The position numbers were made by a program, and so were the translations under genes. A stretch of DNA of 64,000 nt from a virus. The notes under the pieces are model-generated. The model was given only the letters and a program-made list of their open reading frames with translations. It was not told the origin of the DNA and did not search any database. The stretch covers positions 1-64,000 of the IMG/VR virus record IMGVR_UViG_3300025154_000064; one strand, 5' to 3'. Each line of letters begins with the position of its first letter. Within the stretch, counting starts at the first letter, position 1. Below are positions 54,131 through 63,310 of this stretch, in pieces.

Positions 54131-55862
54131 GCTAAGACCATACCAGATCGAAGCGCTCAACGCTTTAGGTGAAGCCATCAAGACGAAAGACAGGCTTCTG
54201 CTGATCGCCGCGACAGGTGCAGGCAAGACTGCAATGATATGCCGCTTCATCCAGAAGTTTTATTTCGAATATCCGGACCGGAACTTCCTTGTCGTGTCTC
54301 ATAAACAGTTAATAATTGAGCAGTTCATTGCTGCATTCAAGAAGTTCACTGAAATAAAAAGTTCAGATATAGGCGTTTGTTGCTCCGGCATGGGACGCCG
54401 TGAGCTTAAATCAAGAATCGTCCTTGCTACGATCCAGACCATTGTCAATTGCCTTGGGGACTACGCAGGAGCGAGCTTAGTTGTGGTCGATGAAACGCAC
54501 AGGGTTTCGGTAGGGTTGGATTCTCAGTATAACCAGCTTCTAAACACGCTTGAAGAGTATGTTCCTGGCCACAAAACCATAGGTGTTACCGGCACAGGTT
54601 TTAGGCTCGGCCACGGTGAGATTTTTGGTTCAAGATGTAAAGCCGATAGAGTTAATTTCTTCCCGGAAGTTACGCATAGGGTGCTTTATTCAACCTTAAG
54701 GGATTCAGGGTACCTCATGCCGCTCAAGGGTTATATCGCCGACGGCAATGCAGCCAAGGACCTCTCTTCGGTACCGCTTGTAGCCGGCGAATACAATATG
54801 TCAGATGCCGGGAAGGTCATGAGCAAGTATGTCAATGCTGCCGTTGACGCATTGGAACTGTATGGAGCTGAGCATAAGCATGTTTGCATATTTTGCTGTG
54901 TCATAAAGCACGTTGAAGAAATAGTTGAGGCCTTCAGGTCAAGGGGTCACTCGATAGTGCCGATCCACTCAAAGCTTTCAAAGACAGAGCGTGAAAATAA
55001 TTTGAGGTCGTGGCAATCAGGCGAAGTCCGAATCGCTGCGAGCGTGAATGTATTGACAGAGGCATTCGACTACCCAGCGCTATCATGCATAGTCTTTTGC
55101 AGACCTTCGAAGAGCAGCACCGTGTGGCTGCAAGCCATAGGGCGTATCCTTAGAATGCATCCTGACAAGAAGGAAAGCCTGCTGATCGACCTTACAGGCA
55201 ATGCTATGTACTTCGGCCTGGATTTAGACTCACCCAAGGTAATTATCCCTTATGGCTCTGGAAACTCTGAAGCCCCAACGAAAATATGCCCCTTCGTATA
55301 TCCAGACGGCCGGATCTGTGGCGAAAGGGTCCACACTGCAACACGGTTCTGCCCGAGCTGCGAATTTGAGTGGACCGTGGAGGAAGTGGAGGCAGTGCTT
55401 CCTGAACTAAAAAAAGTTTCCTTCGGCGCACCAGTAGAGGCGCCGCTCTGGCACAAAGTTTCTTATATGTCGATCAGCATCCACCAGAATCAGGAAACCG
55501 GAAAGCGCCTGCTTCGCCTGCAATTCGAATGCCCTGGCGAGAATGTCTACGCTAAAAATATCTTTGTTTCCGATTGGTTATGTTTCAAGTGCCACTATAG
55601 CGGTTTTGCTGTCGAAAAAGGCAAAGAGAAATGGAACATGTTCAGCTACAGGGATTACCCTGAGGATGTCGATACCGCTGAATGGTACGCGAAAGAATCT
55701 TTCGCCACACCGAAACAGGTGCTCTTAAAGAAAGACGGCAAGTGGCATCGGATACTGGACTACAAGTTCGAGGAAGAGGAAGAATCGCTGCATATGGATA
55801 CCGCTTTCGCTAATCCGTTTGACAAAGATCAACTATACACAGGTGAGGACTTGCCGTTTTGA
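54120..55862 (+). CDS. SF2 helicase (RadD/YejH-like)
   Basis: LRPYQ, ATGAGKT, DETH, TGT, QAIGRILR; Zn ribbon. Confidence 0.9.
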   Translation: MQPELRPYQIEALNALGEAIKTKDRLLLIAATGAGKTAMICRFIQKFYFEYPDRNFLVVSHKQLIIEQFIAAFKKFTEIKSSDIGVCCSGMGRRELKSRIVLATIQTIVNCLGDYAGASLVVVDETHRVSVGLDSQYNQLLNTLEEYVPGHKTIGVTGTGFRLGHGEIFGSRCKADRVNFFPEVTHRVLYSTLRDSGYLMPLKGYIADGNAAKDLSSVPLVAGEYNMSDAGKVMSKYVNAAVDALELYGAEHKHVCIFCCVIKHVEEIVEAFRSRGHSIVPIHSKLSKTERENNLRSWQSGEVRIAASVNVLTEAFDYPALSCIVFCRPSKSSTVWLQAIGRILRMHPDKKESLLIDLTGNAMYFGLDLDSPKVIIPYGSGNSEAPTKICPFVYPDGRICGERVHTATRFCPSCEFEWTVEEVEAVLPELKKVSFGAPVEAPLWHKVSYMSISIHQNQETGKRLLRLQFECPGENVYAKNIFVSDWLCFKCHYSGFAVEKGKEKWNMFSYRDYPEDVDTAEWYAKESFATPKQVLLKKDGKWHRILDYKFEEEEESLHMDTAFANPFDKDQLYTGEDLPF

Positions 55863-56077
55863 AACCATGCCCAAAAATAATAGACGGTATCTGCACCATT
55901 CATCGATTACCGAACCCGCCGGAAGCTGTGTGCCGGAAGTGCCAGCACCGGCCGGTTGTGGTGTGCGACAAATGGATTTTCGACGATGAATGGTGCCGGT
56001 TCCTGGACGCTGATGGGTGCGTGCATTTTCATGCCCGCACTGAGTGCGCAAGCTGTTTGATGAAAGAGGAGGATTAA
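55859..56077 (+). CDS. Small Cys-rich protein
   Basis: Overlaps the helicase stop; multiple Cys. Confidence 0.45.
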   Translation: MKPCPKIIDGICTIHRLPNPPEAVCRKCQHRPVVVCDKWIFDDEWCRFLDADGCVHFHARTECASCLMKEED

Positions 56078-56153
56078 GGATGAACTGGCCTGAAGCGGTT
56101 GTGATGGTGGCGTTTTTTGCAATGCTGGCGATTGCGTTTTGGAGGCTTTTGAA

Positions 56154-56321
56154 ATGAAAATAGAACGTTGCGGGGATTGTGAGCATATTAAGCTGTTGCC
56201 TTCGTCAGGACTCTTCGGTGGACAATGGGTGTGCGGCAAGACTGGACAGCCTGTCAACCCGGGAAGGTTCATCGTGTGCGAGTTAAAATATCAAACATAC
56301 GCGACATCGGAAGCAAAATGA
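56154..56321 (+). CDS. Small Cys-rich protein
   Basis: GGAGG RBS; CGDCEH; ATGA overlap with the primase. Confidence 0.45.
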   Translation: MKIERCGDCEHIKLLPSSGLFGGQWVCGKTGQPVNPGRFIVCELKYQTYATSEAK

Positions 56322-58582
56322 ACTTCTCGGACATCCAGCACCTTATAGAAGCCGGCCTGCATATCTTCCCTTGCGCCACCGACAAGTCACCCTTGTGCCG
56401 CTGGAAAGACCAATATTCTTGGTCACCAACAGAGACTTTCGCCGCGGTTGGAATGGCCACCGGTTCGCTATCCGGCAATGTGGAGGTGATAGACGTCGAC
56501 AATCCGAACTTGTTCGAGTCTCTTCCAAAGGTCAATGCCGTGGTGGCCCGTACAGTTTCAGGCGGCTACCACCTGATCTACCGATGCGAGGCGCCTGAAC
56601 CCAACCAAAAGCTGGCTATGTCATACCAGCGCGTTGCCGGCTACGGCGAGTACGGTTTTGATTGGCGGCCCGGGAAACTTTACAAGGCCAAGGAATACGG
56701 CGACGGCTGGTATATTTCGACTGCCAGCGTCGAGACCCGTGGGGTTGGTGGCTACATCCTTATATCGCCATCGCCGGGCTACGAATTATTGAAAGGCTCA
56801 CTGACCGATATCCCTGTGCTCACCACCGAGCAACGCGATAAACTCTTTTTCCACTGCCGATCGCTGGGTGAACATCCGCCGACACCCAAAGTGATATCAC
56901 GCAAGCCATCTGCAGGTGCCACCGGCACCCGCCCGGGTGATGCCTTCAACTGTCAAGTAACGCTTGACGATTTGACCTGCTTGCTTACCAAGCATGGCTG
57001 GACAGTCACCGGCGACCAAGGGCAAAATAGGCACTTCGCACGTCCCGGGAAGGTAACCGGCACTAGCGCGACACTGGGCGGATCAGCGGATTGTCCATTG
57101 TTCTATGTGTTCACGTCGTCAACCGAGTTCGAGGCTGAGAAGGCCTACACCCCGTTCCAGGTGCTGGCCAAGCTTGAACACGGCGACGACTATTCCGCCG
57201 CGGCGTTGAGCCTGGCCAAGTTCGGGTATGGTGAAGCTGAGCGAGACCCTACCATTGAACTGATCACGCACGAAGAAGCCTGCGCCATGCCAGGCATCGG
57301 AACACCGCTGAACGATATCCCGGCAGGGTCCCTTATCGATCTTGGCATGGCTGGCCTCGTAAGTGCCGGCGCTGTCAACATTCAGCAATTGCTCTATCCG
57401 ATAGTGATCAGCCACATTGCCAGAGCATCGAACGGGTACATCTGCTGCGAGCACGTTCACCCGTCATTCTCATTCATCAAGGTGGCAGGTACGAGCGTTG
57501 GGAAGAGCAAGAGTAACCAGATAATGCAGGCTGTTGTCCGCCCGGCTTTCGAAGAGACGGTAATAAAAACCATAGGCAAGCGGGAATGTGAAGTCAACGT
57601 CAACATTTTTTATGGACCTGACGAAGTGGCATCCGGCCAGGCGATGTTAAAAGCTTTAGCCGACCGGCCAAAGGCGTTGTTCGTTTTTGATGAAATAACC
57701 GGGTTATTCTCTGGGACCGGCGGCAAACAAGATCCAATGTCTGCAGACAAAAAGAAGGTCCTTCTGCAGCTAAGCACCCATGGGGGGAGCGTTTATGAAA
57801 AGAAATACGCTGACGACCAGAAGGACGTCGTTATAGATGGACTTCTCTTTAATATGCTTGGGAACGCGACACCGGTTATTTTCGACCACTTCAATAATGA
57901 AGATATAGATACCGGAACTATACAAAGGCTGGATTTTTCTGTGTACGACGGGAAGATTCCACGAAGGTCGACTACACAGCTCAGTAATGCGACCCTTGAA
58001 GTTTTCTCAGAGCGATTGAAAGCGATAATGGATGTATCGCCGGCTTGCATTGGTAACCTTTTAGGTGCCTCTGACGTTGGTCTTGATGACGCGGCCAAAA
58101 AATTTATGAACGATCTGTCAGACAAAATCACAGACGAACAGAACTCTATTTTTGATGATGGAGAAATAGGTCTTATAGGCCGAGCCTATAACACAACACT
58201 TAAATACGGAATTATCCACGCCGTGGCGACAAAAGATGTGTCTGAAATGTTCATATCGCCATTAAACATTGATGACGTCAAATACGGCTATGGCGTTGCA
58301 TCAGCCTTTCTCAGTTGGCAACGAAAAGTCCTTTTAAAAAAAATTCCTGCCGGCGAGTTTGCTGCCAACTGCGATGCTTTTATGGAAGCTGTGATCTCTG
58401 CTCAAAAGATGAAAGGCCAGCTGCCTACCGGTAAGCTGGTGGCATCAAGAAAGAGGAGGATCAAGAACTTAAAACCGAACGAGTGGGATCTGGTAGTGAA
58501 AGTCCTGAAAGCGAGGGGTGAATTAGTGACCGAAGAAGTTAAAAACAAGACGATTTATCGAGCAGTAAGGGGGGTTGAATGA
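56318..58582 (+). CDS. Bifunctional primase-polymerase with a DUF3987-like P-loop domain
   Basis: GMATG...IDVD, RTVSGGYHL, ETRG.GGY; GTSVGKS and FVFDE. Confidence 0.85.
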   Translation: MNFSDIQHLIEAGLHIFPCATDKSPLCRWKDQYSWSPTETFAAVGMATGSLSGNVEVIDVDNPNLFESLPKVNAVVARTVSGGYHLIYRCEAPEPNQKLAMSYQRVAGYGEYGFDWRPGKLYKAKEYGDGWYISTASVETRGVGGYILISPSPGYELLKGSLTDIPVLTTEQRDKLFFHCRSLGEHPPTPKVISRKPSAGATGTRPGDAFNCQVTLDDLTCLLTKHGWTVTGDQGQNRHFARPGKVTGTSATLGGSADCPLFYVFTSSTEFEAEKAYTPFQVLAKLEHGDDYSAAALSLAKFGYGEAERDPTIELITHEEACAMPGIGTPLNDIPAGSLIDLGMAGLVSAGAVNIQQLLYPIVISHIARASNGYICCEHVHPSFSFIKVAGTSVGKSKSNQIMQAVVRPAFEETVIKTIGKRECEVNVNIFYGPDEVASGQAMLKALADRPKALFVFDEITGLFSGTGGKQDPMSADKKKVLLQLSTHGGSVYEKKYADDQKDVVIDGLLFNMLGNATPVIFDHFNNEDIDTGTIQRLDFSVYDGKIPRRSTTQLSNATLEVFSERLKAIMDVSPACIGNLLGASDVGLDDAAKKFMNDLSDKITDEQNSIFDDGEIGLIGRAYNTTLKYGIIHAVATKDVSEMFISPLNIDDVKYGYGVASAFLSWQRKVLLKKIPAGEFAANCDAFMEAVISAQKMKGQLPTGKLVASRKRRIKNLKPNEWDLVVKVLKARGELVTEEVKNKTIYRAVRGVE

Positions 58583-58977
58583 GCGAGGTTGTAAGGTCTG
58601 AGCATCTTGAACAGAGGGATTTTTTTGATTTCCTTCGAAAGCTTGAATTCGGAAATCCGGACATCCGGTTCGTGTATGCGGTCCCGAATGGTGGTCTTCG
58701 AAACATCCGGGTGGCCAAGCAGTTGAAGGACGAAGGGGTTAAGCCCGGGGTACCAGATATCTGCTGGCCGTGCCCGATGGGAGAGTTTCACGGGTTATAT
58801 ATCGAGATGAAGCGGACAAAGCTGGGGAAGGTTTCGGCCGATCAGCGCGTTTGGATAGATTGGCTGAAGAAGAAGGGATACTACGTTAAGGTCTGCAAGG
58901 GGTTTGAGGAAGCGAAGAGCGTTTTTTTAAATTACATGAAAATGGGTGAATTCAATGACAAAAGAAGAGCTGCGTAA
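58579..58977 (+). CDS. VRR-NUC nuclease
   Basis: AVPNGG, GVKPGVPD, LYIEMK, S.DQ..W. Confidence 0.9.
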   Translation: MSEVVRSEHLEQRDFFDFLRKLEFGNPDIRFVYAVPNGGLRNIRVAKQLKDEGVKPGVPDICWPCPMGEFHGLYIEMKRTKLGKVSADQRVWIDWLKKKGYYVKVCKGFEEAKSVFLNYMKMGEFNDKRRAA

Positions 58978-59302
58978 GATTTTCGAGACAGAAGAAACGG
59001 CAGAAATAACATGGCAAGGTGCGTGCCACGATTGCGGATGCGATATTGAGGTCGTAACCAATATGGCAATCGACGGCGCTCTCACTGTTACCGGTGGTGC
59101 CATTTATGGAGACAAGGATGGCGTACACCATATGAAATGTGAGGCCTGCTTCGAAAAGGATAGTACGCTTCATAATTTTCGTGAGTGTGAGGTTTTTGTT
59201 CGGTGTGTAGGGTATCTTCGGCCGGTAAAGGATATGAACCCTGGGAAGCAGGCCGAGGTCGCAAACCGGAAAAAGTTTGATACGGGGGAATATCTTTCAT
59301 GA
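58955..59302 (+). CDS. Small protein bearing the NrdD C-terminal motif
   Basis: Two CxxC plus CEVFVRCVGYLRPV...NPGKQAE...R. Confidence 0.75.
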   Translation: MTKEELRKIFETEETAEITWQGACHDCGCDIEVVTNMAIDGALTVTGGAIYGDKDGVHHMKCEACFEKDSTLHNFRECEVFVRCVGYLRPVKDMNPGKQAEVANRKKFDTGEYLS

Positions 59303-59580
59303 CTATCATGCAACACGTCAGCAAGTGGATGGCGAAGAAGTTTTTAAATGCGACGCACTGTCGGCTCGGTGCCCGTGTTGGGAATCAGCTTTTCTCAGAA
59401 GCTGACATGCTGTTATCGCCGCTGGCAATGAGCGCATTCAAAGCGATAGGAACCGATCCTGATCACGAATACAGCATAGGTAGCGTCGAAAATGATAACT
59501 GGGAACCGGTAGAGGAGCGGGAAGGCATAGCCGTCGGGACCATCGTTATCCTTCCGGAAGGGGCCAGTCATGACAATTGA
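59299..59580 (+). CDS. Hypothetical protein
   Basis: ATGA coupling in the operon. Confidence 0.5.
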   Translation: MTIMQHVSKWMAKKFLNATHCRLGARVGNQLFSEADMLLSPLAMSAFKAIGTDPDHEYSIGSVENDNWEPVEEREGIAVGTIVILPEGASHDN

Positions 59581-59914
59581 CTATAACTTTTTGAGCATGC
59601 GCCACAATAAGGAATACGGAACAGAATACCAAGACGGAAAGGCCATGGTAGCCGACCTTTACGCCAAACTCGGCAGCGCCTATGGGGTCGCTGATAGGCT
59701 CATAATCAACCACAAGTCTGTTTATAATTTCATGAAAAAGCATGGAATGAAGACGCAGCCAAGGGGGAGGGAGCGCTTCACAGACAAGAAGGATATAATC
59801 CTTGAAACGCTCAGGATAACACCGAACATGCCAAGGCAAGAAATTGCAGCGCTGGCAGGATCATCGGTTTCATTGGTTAAATATTATGTCAACAGAAGGA
59901 GAAAAAAAGCATGA
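59570..59914 (+). CDS. Double-HTH protein
   Basis: SAYGVADRL.INHKSV and PRQEIAALAGSSVSLV. Confidence 0.6.
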   Translation: MTIDYNFLSMRHNKEYGTEYQDGKAMVADLYAKLGSAYGVADRLIINHKSVYNFMKKHGMKTQPRGRERFTDKKDIILETLRITPNMPRQEIAALAGSSVSLVKYYVNRRRKKA

Positions 59915-60255
59915 ACGTTAAAATCTATCTCACAATTGGTTTGGGGTACATCATCGGCGATGTCGTTTCCGAAGATGAAGATTATATCGATATACAGTAC
60001 GCAGGAAAGGTTGGCGCCACAGCTCAGGGTGTGATGATCGCAGAGCCGATTCCGCCATGGTTTAATAACGCGGAAGAGTTGATAAGAGAATTCAAGATTC
60101 CTACGGATATTATAATCTTTGAAGGCTATGCGCATCCGGATCTTGCAAGCGCTTATGAGCAGTATGCTCAGAAGTTCAAAGCTAAATCAGCCGGCCTGGT
60201 GATTGCGAAAGCCAGCGACATTCCAAACAACGTAACGCCATTTCAGAGGAGATAA
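59911..60255 (+). CDS. Hypothetical protein
   Basis: AAGGAG RBS; coupled. Confidence 0.6.
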   Translation: MNVKIYLTIGLGYIIGDVVSEDEDYIDIQYAGKVGATAQGVMIAEPIPPWFNNAEELIREFKIPTDIIIFEGYAHPDLASAYEQYAQKFKAKSAGLVIAKASDIPNNVTPFQRR

Positions 60256-60258
60256 TCA

Positions 60259-60522
60259 ATGTCAAACAGAGGAAATCAGTGGGTGGAATTTTCCAAAGAG
60301 GTCCTATGCCACATCGATGACTATACCGTTCCGCAGTACGGCGATATGCCGGACGATCAGGTTGAAGAGTTCACGCTGGCCGATTTCAAAACCAATTTGA
60401 AGAAATACATGAACCGCATAGGCAGCAACGCACGCGGGAACGATGAGGCAGTCAGGGACGCATTCAAGATCGCGCATTACGCATGCATAATGTGTGCGCT
60501 GCTCAGGAAAGAGGTTGAATAG
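60259..60522 (+). CDS. DUF3310/nucleotide-modification-associated-like small protein
   Basis: KY..R......RD.FKIAHYA helical motif. Confidence 0.5.
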   Translation: MSNRGNQWVEFSKEVLCHIDDYTVPQYGDMPDDQVEEFTLADFKTNLKKYMNRIGSNARGNDEAVRDAFKIAHYACIMCALLRKEVE

Positions 60523-60524
60523 CC

Positions 60525-61142
60525 ATGAAAACAAGAAGTTTAATAGCCTCTGACATGGATGGGGTCCTGGTAGATACCGTCGGACACCTTAAGAAAGTCG
60601 GCGCTGAGCATGGGTACCGAATAGAATATTCGGATCATTATTCGCTGGACATATATAAAGACGGCGAAAAAGTTGACTACTGGGATCCGGATGTCACAGA
60701 CCTCTTCAACGAGACCTTCGACAGGTACGATGAGATAGAGATATTCCCTGGCGCCGAAGAGTTCATCCATAAGATGTATGAATTGACAGGCCAGCCGTTT
60801 TTGATCGTAACCGCAAGGCCTATCAGCCATGCCACCGAGACGCACAAGCTCATTAAACGATTCGCAAAGAAAACCCCGTATGTCGTGGCGTTTGCGGACG
60901 GGTGCGACAAACACCGGTACCTGAGTGGGTATAAGTTTTTCATTGAGGATCGGCGCCGGACAGCCATAGACCTCGTCAACATGGGGAAAATAGTTTTCCT
61001 TATCGACACTGTCTATAACCAACCTACGGAAGAGATGACCTCAAACAAGATTCTCATGGAGGAAATAATCCGGATCGATAGCCTGGAAGATCTTATCCCA
61101 AAGGCAAAATATTATTCGTCTCACGCGGGAGGAACCTTTTGA
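60525..61142 (+). CDS. HAD 5'(3')-deoxyribonucleotidase-like
   Basis: DMDGVLVD, IVTAR, K, FIEDR, YN. Confidence 0.85.
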   Translation: MKTRSLIASDMDGVLVDTVGHLKKVGAEHGYRIEYSDHYSLDIYKDGEKVDYWDPDVTDLFNETFDRYDEIEIFPGAEEFIHKMYELTGQPFLIVTARPISHATETHKLIKRFAKKTPYVVAFADGCDKHRYLSGYKFFIEDRRRTAIDLVNMGKIVFLIDTVYNQPTEEMTSNKILMEEIIRIDSLEDLIPKAKYYSSHAGGTF

Positions 61143-61358
61143 ATGGACCTTATCGAAGAGGCTGATAAACTGATCGAAGAGATGACTGCTTTAGCCATCA
61201 GTAAGGCCAAGGAAGCGTTGTTAGCAACCGGCACGGTGAAGTGTGAGGATTGTGGTTGCACCATACCAATAAAGAGACGAAAGGCGATCCCGAGCTGCAC
61301 AAGGTGTATTGATTGCCAAATAGATTACGACGAGGTGAACCATGGAAAAAAAATATGA
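61143..61358 (+). CDS. TraR/DksA C4 zinc-finger protein
   Basis: CEDCG..IP..RR.AIP.C.RCIDCQ; acidic N-terminal helix. Confidence 0.88.
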   Translation: MDLIEEADKLIEEMTALAISKAKEALLATGTVKCEDCGCTIPIKRRKAIPSCTRCIDCQIDYDEVNHGKKI

Positions 61359-61761
61359 AGACATTGTTTTTCTTGCGCTGTGCGTTTGGCGGGAAGCCAG
61401 AGGGGAAAAAGAGATGGCGCAAGTCGGGGTGGCACAATGCATAATGAATCGTGTCAAGCGGCCTGGGTGGTGGGGGAATGACGTCAAGTCGGTCATCTTC
61501 AAAAAGTGGCAGTTTTCGTCCCTCACGGATCCGAAAGATCGACAACTGACCGTGTGGCCGGAAAAAGATACGTTAGATTGGATTCGTGCGGTTCACGTAG
61601 CCGAAGATGTCGTTGAGGGACGGGTCCTAAACCCGGTCTTAGGCGCCGACAGCTACCACGATATCAGTATCCCGGCACCGAAGTGGACAAAAACGGCAAG
61701 GTATGTTACGCAGCTCGGACGGATAAAGTTCTATGATGTTGACCATGACTATGAGGTATAA
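61342..61761 (+). CDS. SleB/Hydrolase_2 cell-wall hydrolase, probable endolysin
   Basis: WREARGE, VA..IMNRV, QFS, GA.SYH, P.W. Confidence 0.85.
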   Translation: MEKKYEDIVFLALCVWREARGEKEMAQVGVAQCIMNRVKRPGWWGNDVKSVIFKKWQFSSLTDPKDRQLTVWPEKDTLDWIRAVHVAEDVVEGRVLNPVLGADSYHDISIPAPKWTKTARYVTQLGRIKFYDVDHDYEV

Positions 61762-61763
61762 TA

Positions 61764-62330
61764 ATGCAGAAGGTTTTATGGCTGGACACTGAGACGACAG
61801 GCGTTGACCCGGTAAAGAATTCCATAATTCAAATTGCCGGCATTGTCGAAGTTGACGAAGTCGCTATCGACAGATTTTCGATTTTCATGCAGCCATTCCC
61901 TGGCGCAGAGATAGAGCCTGAAGCTCTGGTGGTGAGCGGCACAACGCTGGAAAAACTCGAAACATACAAAAGCTTCGCTCTTGGTATGGACAGATTCAAG
62001 TGTAAACTCGAAGAGAACATCGACAAGTTCAGCAAGACCGACAAGTTCATTCTCGCCGGGTACAATATCGGTTATGATGCTGGATTTCTGAGGCAGGCTT
62101 TTTTGCATGTGGGTGACAACTTCTTCGGAAGCTGGTTTTTTAGCTGTAACCTTGATGTCATGACCTATGTGGCAGAGGATGTTAAGCGAGGGGCCCGATA
62201 TGAAAGTCACAGCCTTGGCTCGGTGTGTGCTGTGAACGGGGTTTGTCTTGAGTGTGCGCATGATGCGCTGGCGGATATCGCCGCTACCCGGGAACTTTAT
62301 TATTCAATGAGGTTAAAGCTGGGAATGTGA
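61764..62330 (+). CDS. DnaQ-like DEDDh 3'-5' exonuclease
   Basis: DTETTG, GYNIGYD, HDALADI. Confidence 0.9.
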   Translation: MQKVLWLDTETTGVDPVKNSIIQIAGIVEVDEVAIDRFSIFMQPFPGAEIEPEALVVSGTTLEKLETYKSFALGMDRFKCKLEENIDKFSKTDKFILAGYNIGYDAGFLRQAFLHVGDNFFGSWFFSCNLDVMTYVAEDVKRGARYESHSLGSVCAVNGVCLECAHDALADIAATRELYYSMRLKLGM

Positions 62331-62336
62331 AATGTG

Positions 62337-62369
62337 ACCCCTTACGGCGACATGGTCGCCGTAAGGGGT
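62337..62369. terminator. Hairpin between convergent operons
   Basis: 14-bp stem ACCCCTTACGGCGA/TCGCCGTAAGGGGT. Confidence 0.75.
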
Positions 62370-62373
62370 TGGC

Positions 62374-62682
62374 TTAACCAAAAATCTTCTTAGAAAGATG
62401 GTGAATGTCAGCCCACGCTAAAATATCTTCAGGCATTGCTGCTCTTGTAATTGGATGCTCAAAATACCACCCAAGATATCTTGGACTACAGTTTCCAATA
62501 AAATCCATTACATCCGCTGCAAGGCGTTGCACCAATCCGGTCTTTACGAACCTGTCAAAAATAATTTTATCGTGCTGCTCTTTCGTTATATTCCAAAGCT
62601 TTTCCATACTCTGGGTGTGCGCATTTTTCATTTTGCGCTCAAGGTATTCACTGTAAGTATTATAGCCAAAATATCGTTCCAT
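62374..62682 (-). CDS. Hypothetical protein
   Basis: GGAG RBS before MERYFG... Confidence 0.55.
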   Translation of the reverse strand: MERYFGYNTYSEYLERKMKNAHTQSMEKLWNITKEQHDKIIFDRFVKTGLVQRLAADVMDFIGNCSPRYLGWYFEHPITRAAMPEDILAWADIHHLSKKIFG

Positions 62683-62683
62683 T

Positions 62684-63310
62684 TCACTCCACCTTCCAAA
62701 CATCTATTCCGTTATGGTTGGTTACAACAAGCTGGTGTTTTGTGACAAGAGATACCAATCTGTTGGTAAGCCCGCGAAGATTACGTAAGCTGGGGCTTCC
62801 TGGCCTAATGCTTCTTAAAATATCAACGATCGGAATAACGCTTTTCGGAACAGGTGGGTGCTTGACCTGATATTCAATCGCCTGGGCAAACATCAGACCA
62901 GCACCGAACACCCATATTGGATTATCAGGCTCATCGATCATGGCTGCCATATCAACGTGCTCTTCGATCTCGGCACGCTCTTCATCCGGGCACCACTGCA
63001 TTAAAAGATCATCCACAAACCAATCATCTGCTGTTCGCTTCGGCCAAGTTAATATCTGGACCAGAGTGTCCGGGGTCCCTTTGGCAAAATAAGCAGACGA
63101 AAAAAGAGGATGAACCGTTTCGGCGAGGTAGGCGTGGCCGAGTTCGTGAAGATACTCGATGTCGCGCCATTCAGCGTCAGGCGGCGGGACATAAATTGTG
63201 TGTGTCTTCTCGACTGGGTTAGAGGTTATTTCCATGTGGCGAGTCTCATGTTGGATTGTTGAGACTCGCCACTTTAGGGACGATTGTATCTTTTGGATTA
63301 GAGATATCAC
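62684..63310 (-). CDS. HExxH metalloprotease-like protein
   Basis: EYLHELGH. Confidence 0.6.
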   Translation of the reverse strand: MISLIQKIQSSLKWRVSTIQHETRHMEITSNPVEKTHTIYVPPPDAEWRDIEYLHELGHAYLAETVHPLFSSAYFAKGTPDTLVQILTWPKRTADDWFVDDLLMQWCPDEERAEIEEHVDMAAMIDEPDNPIWVFGAGLMFAQAIEYQVKHPPVPKSVIPIVDILRSIRPGSPSLRNLRGLTNRLVSLVTKHQLVVTNHNGIDVWKVE

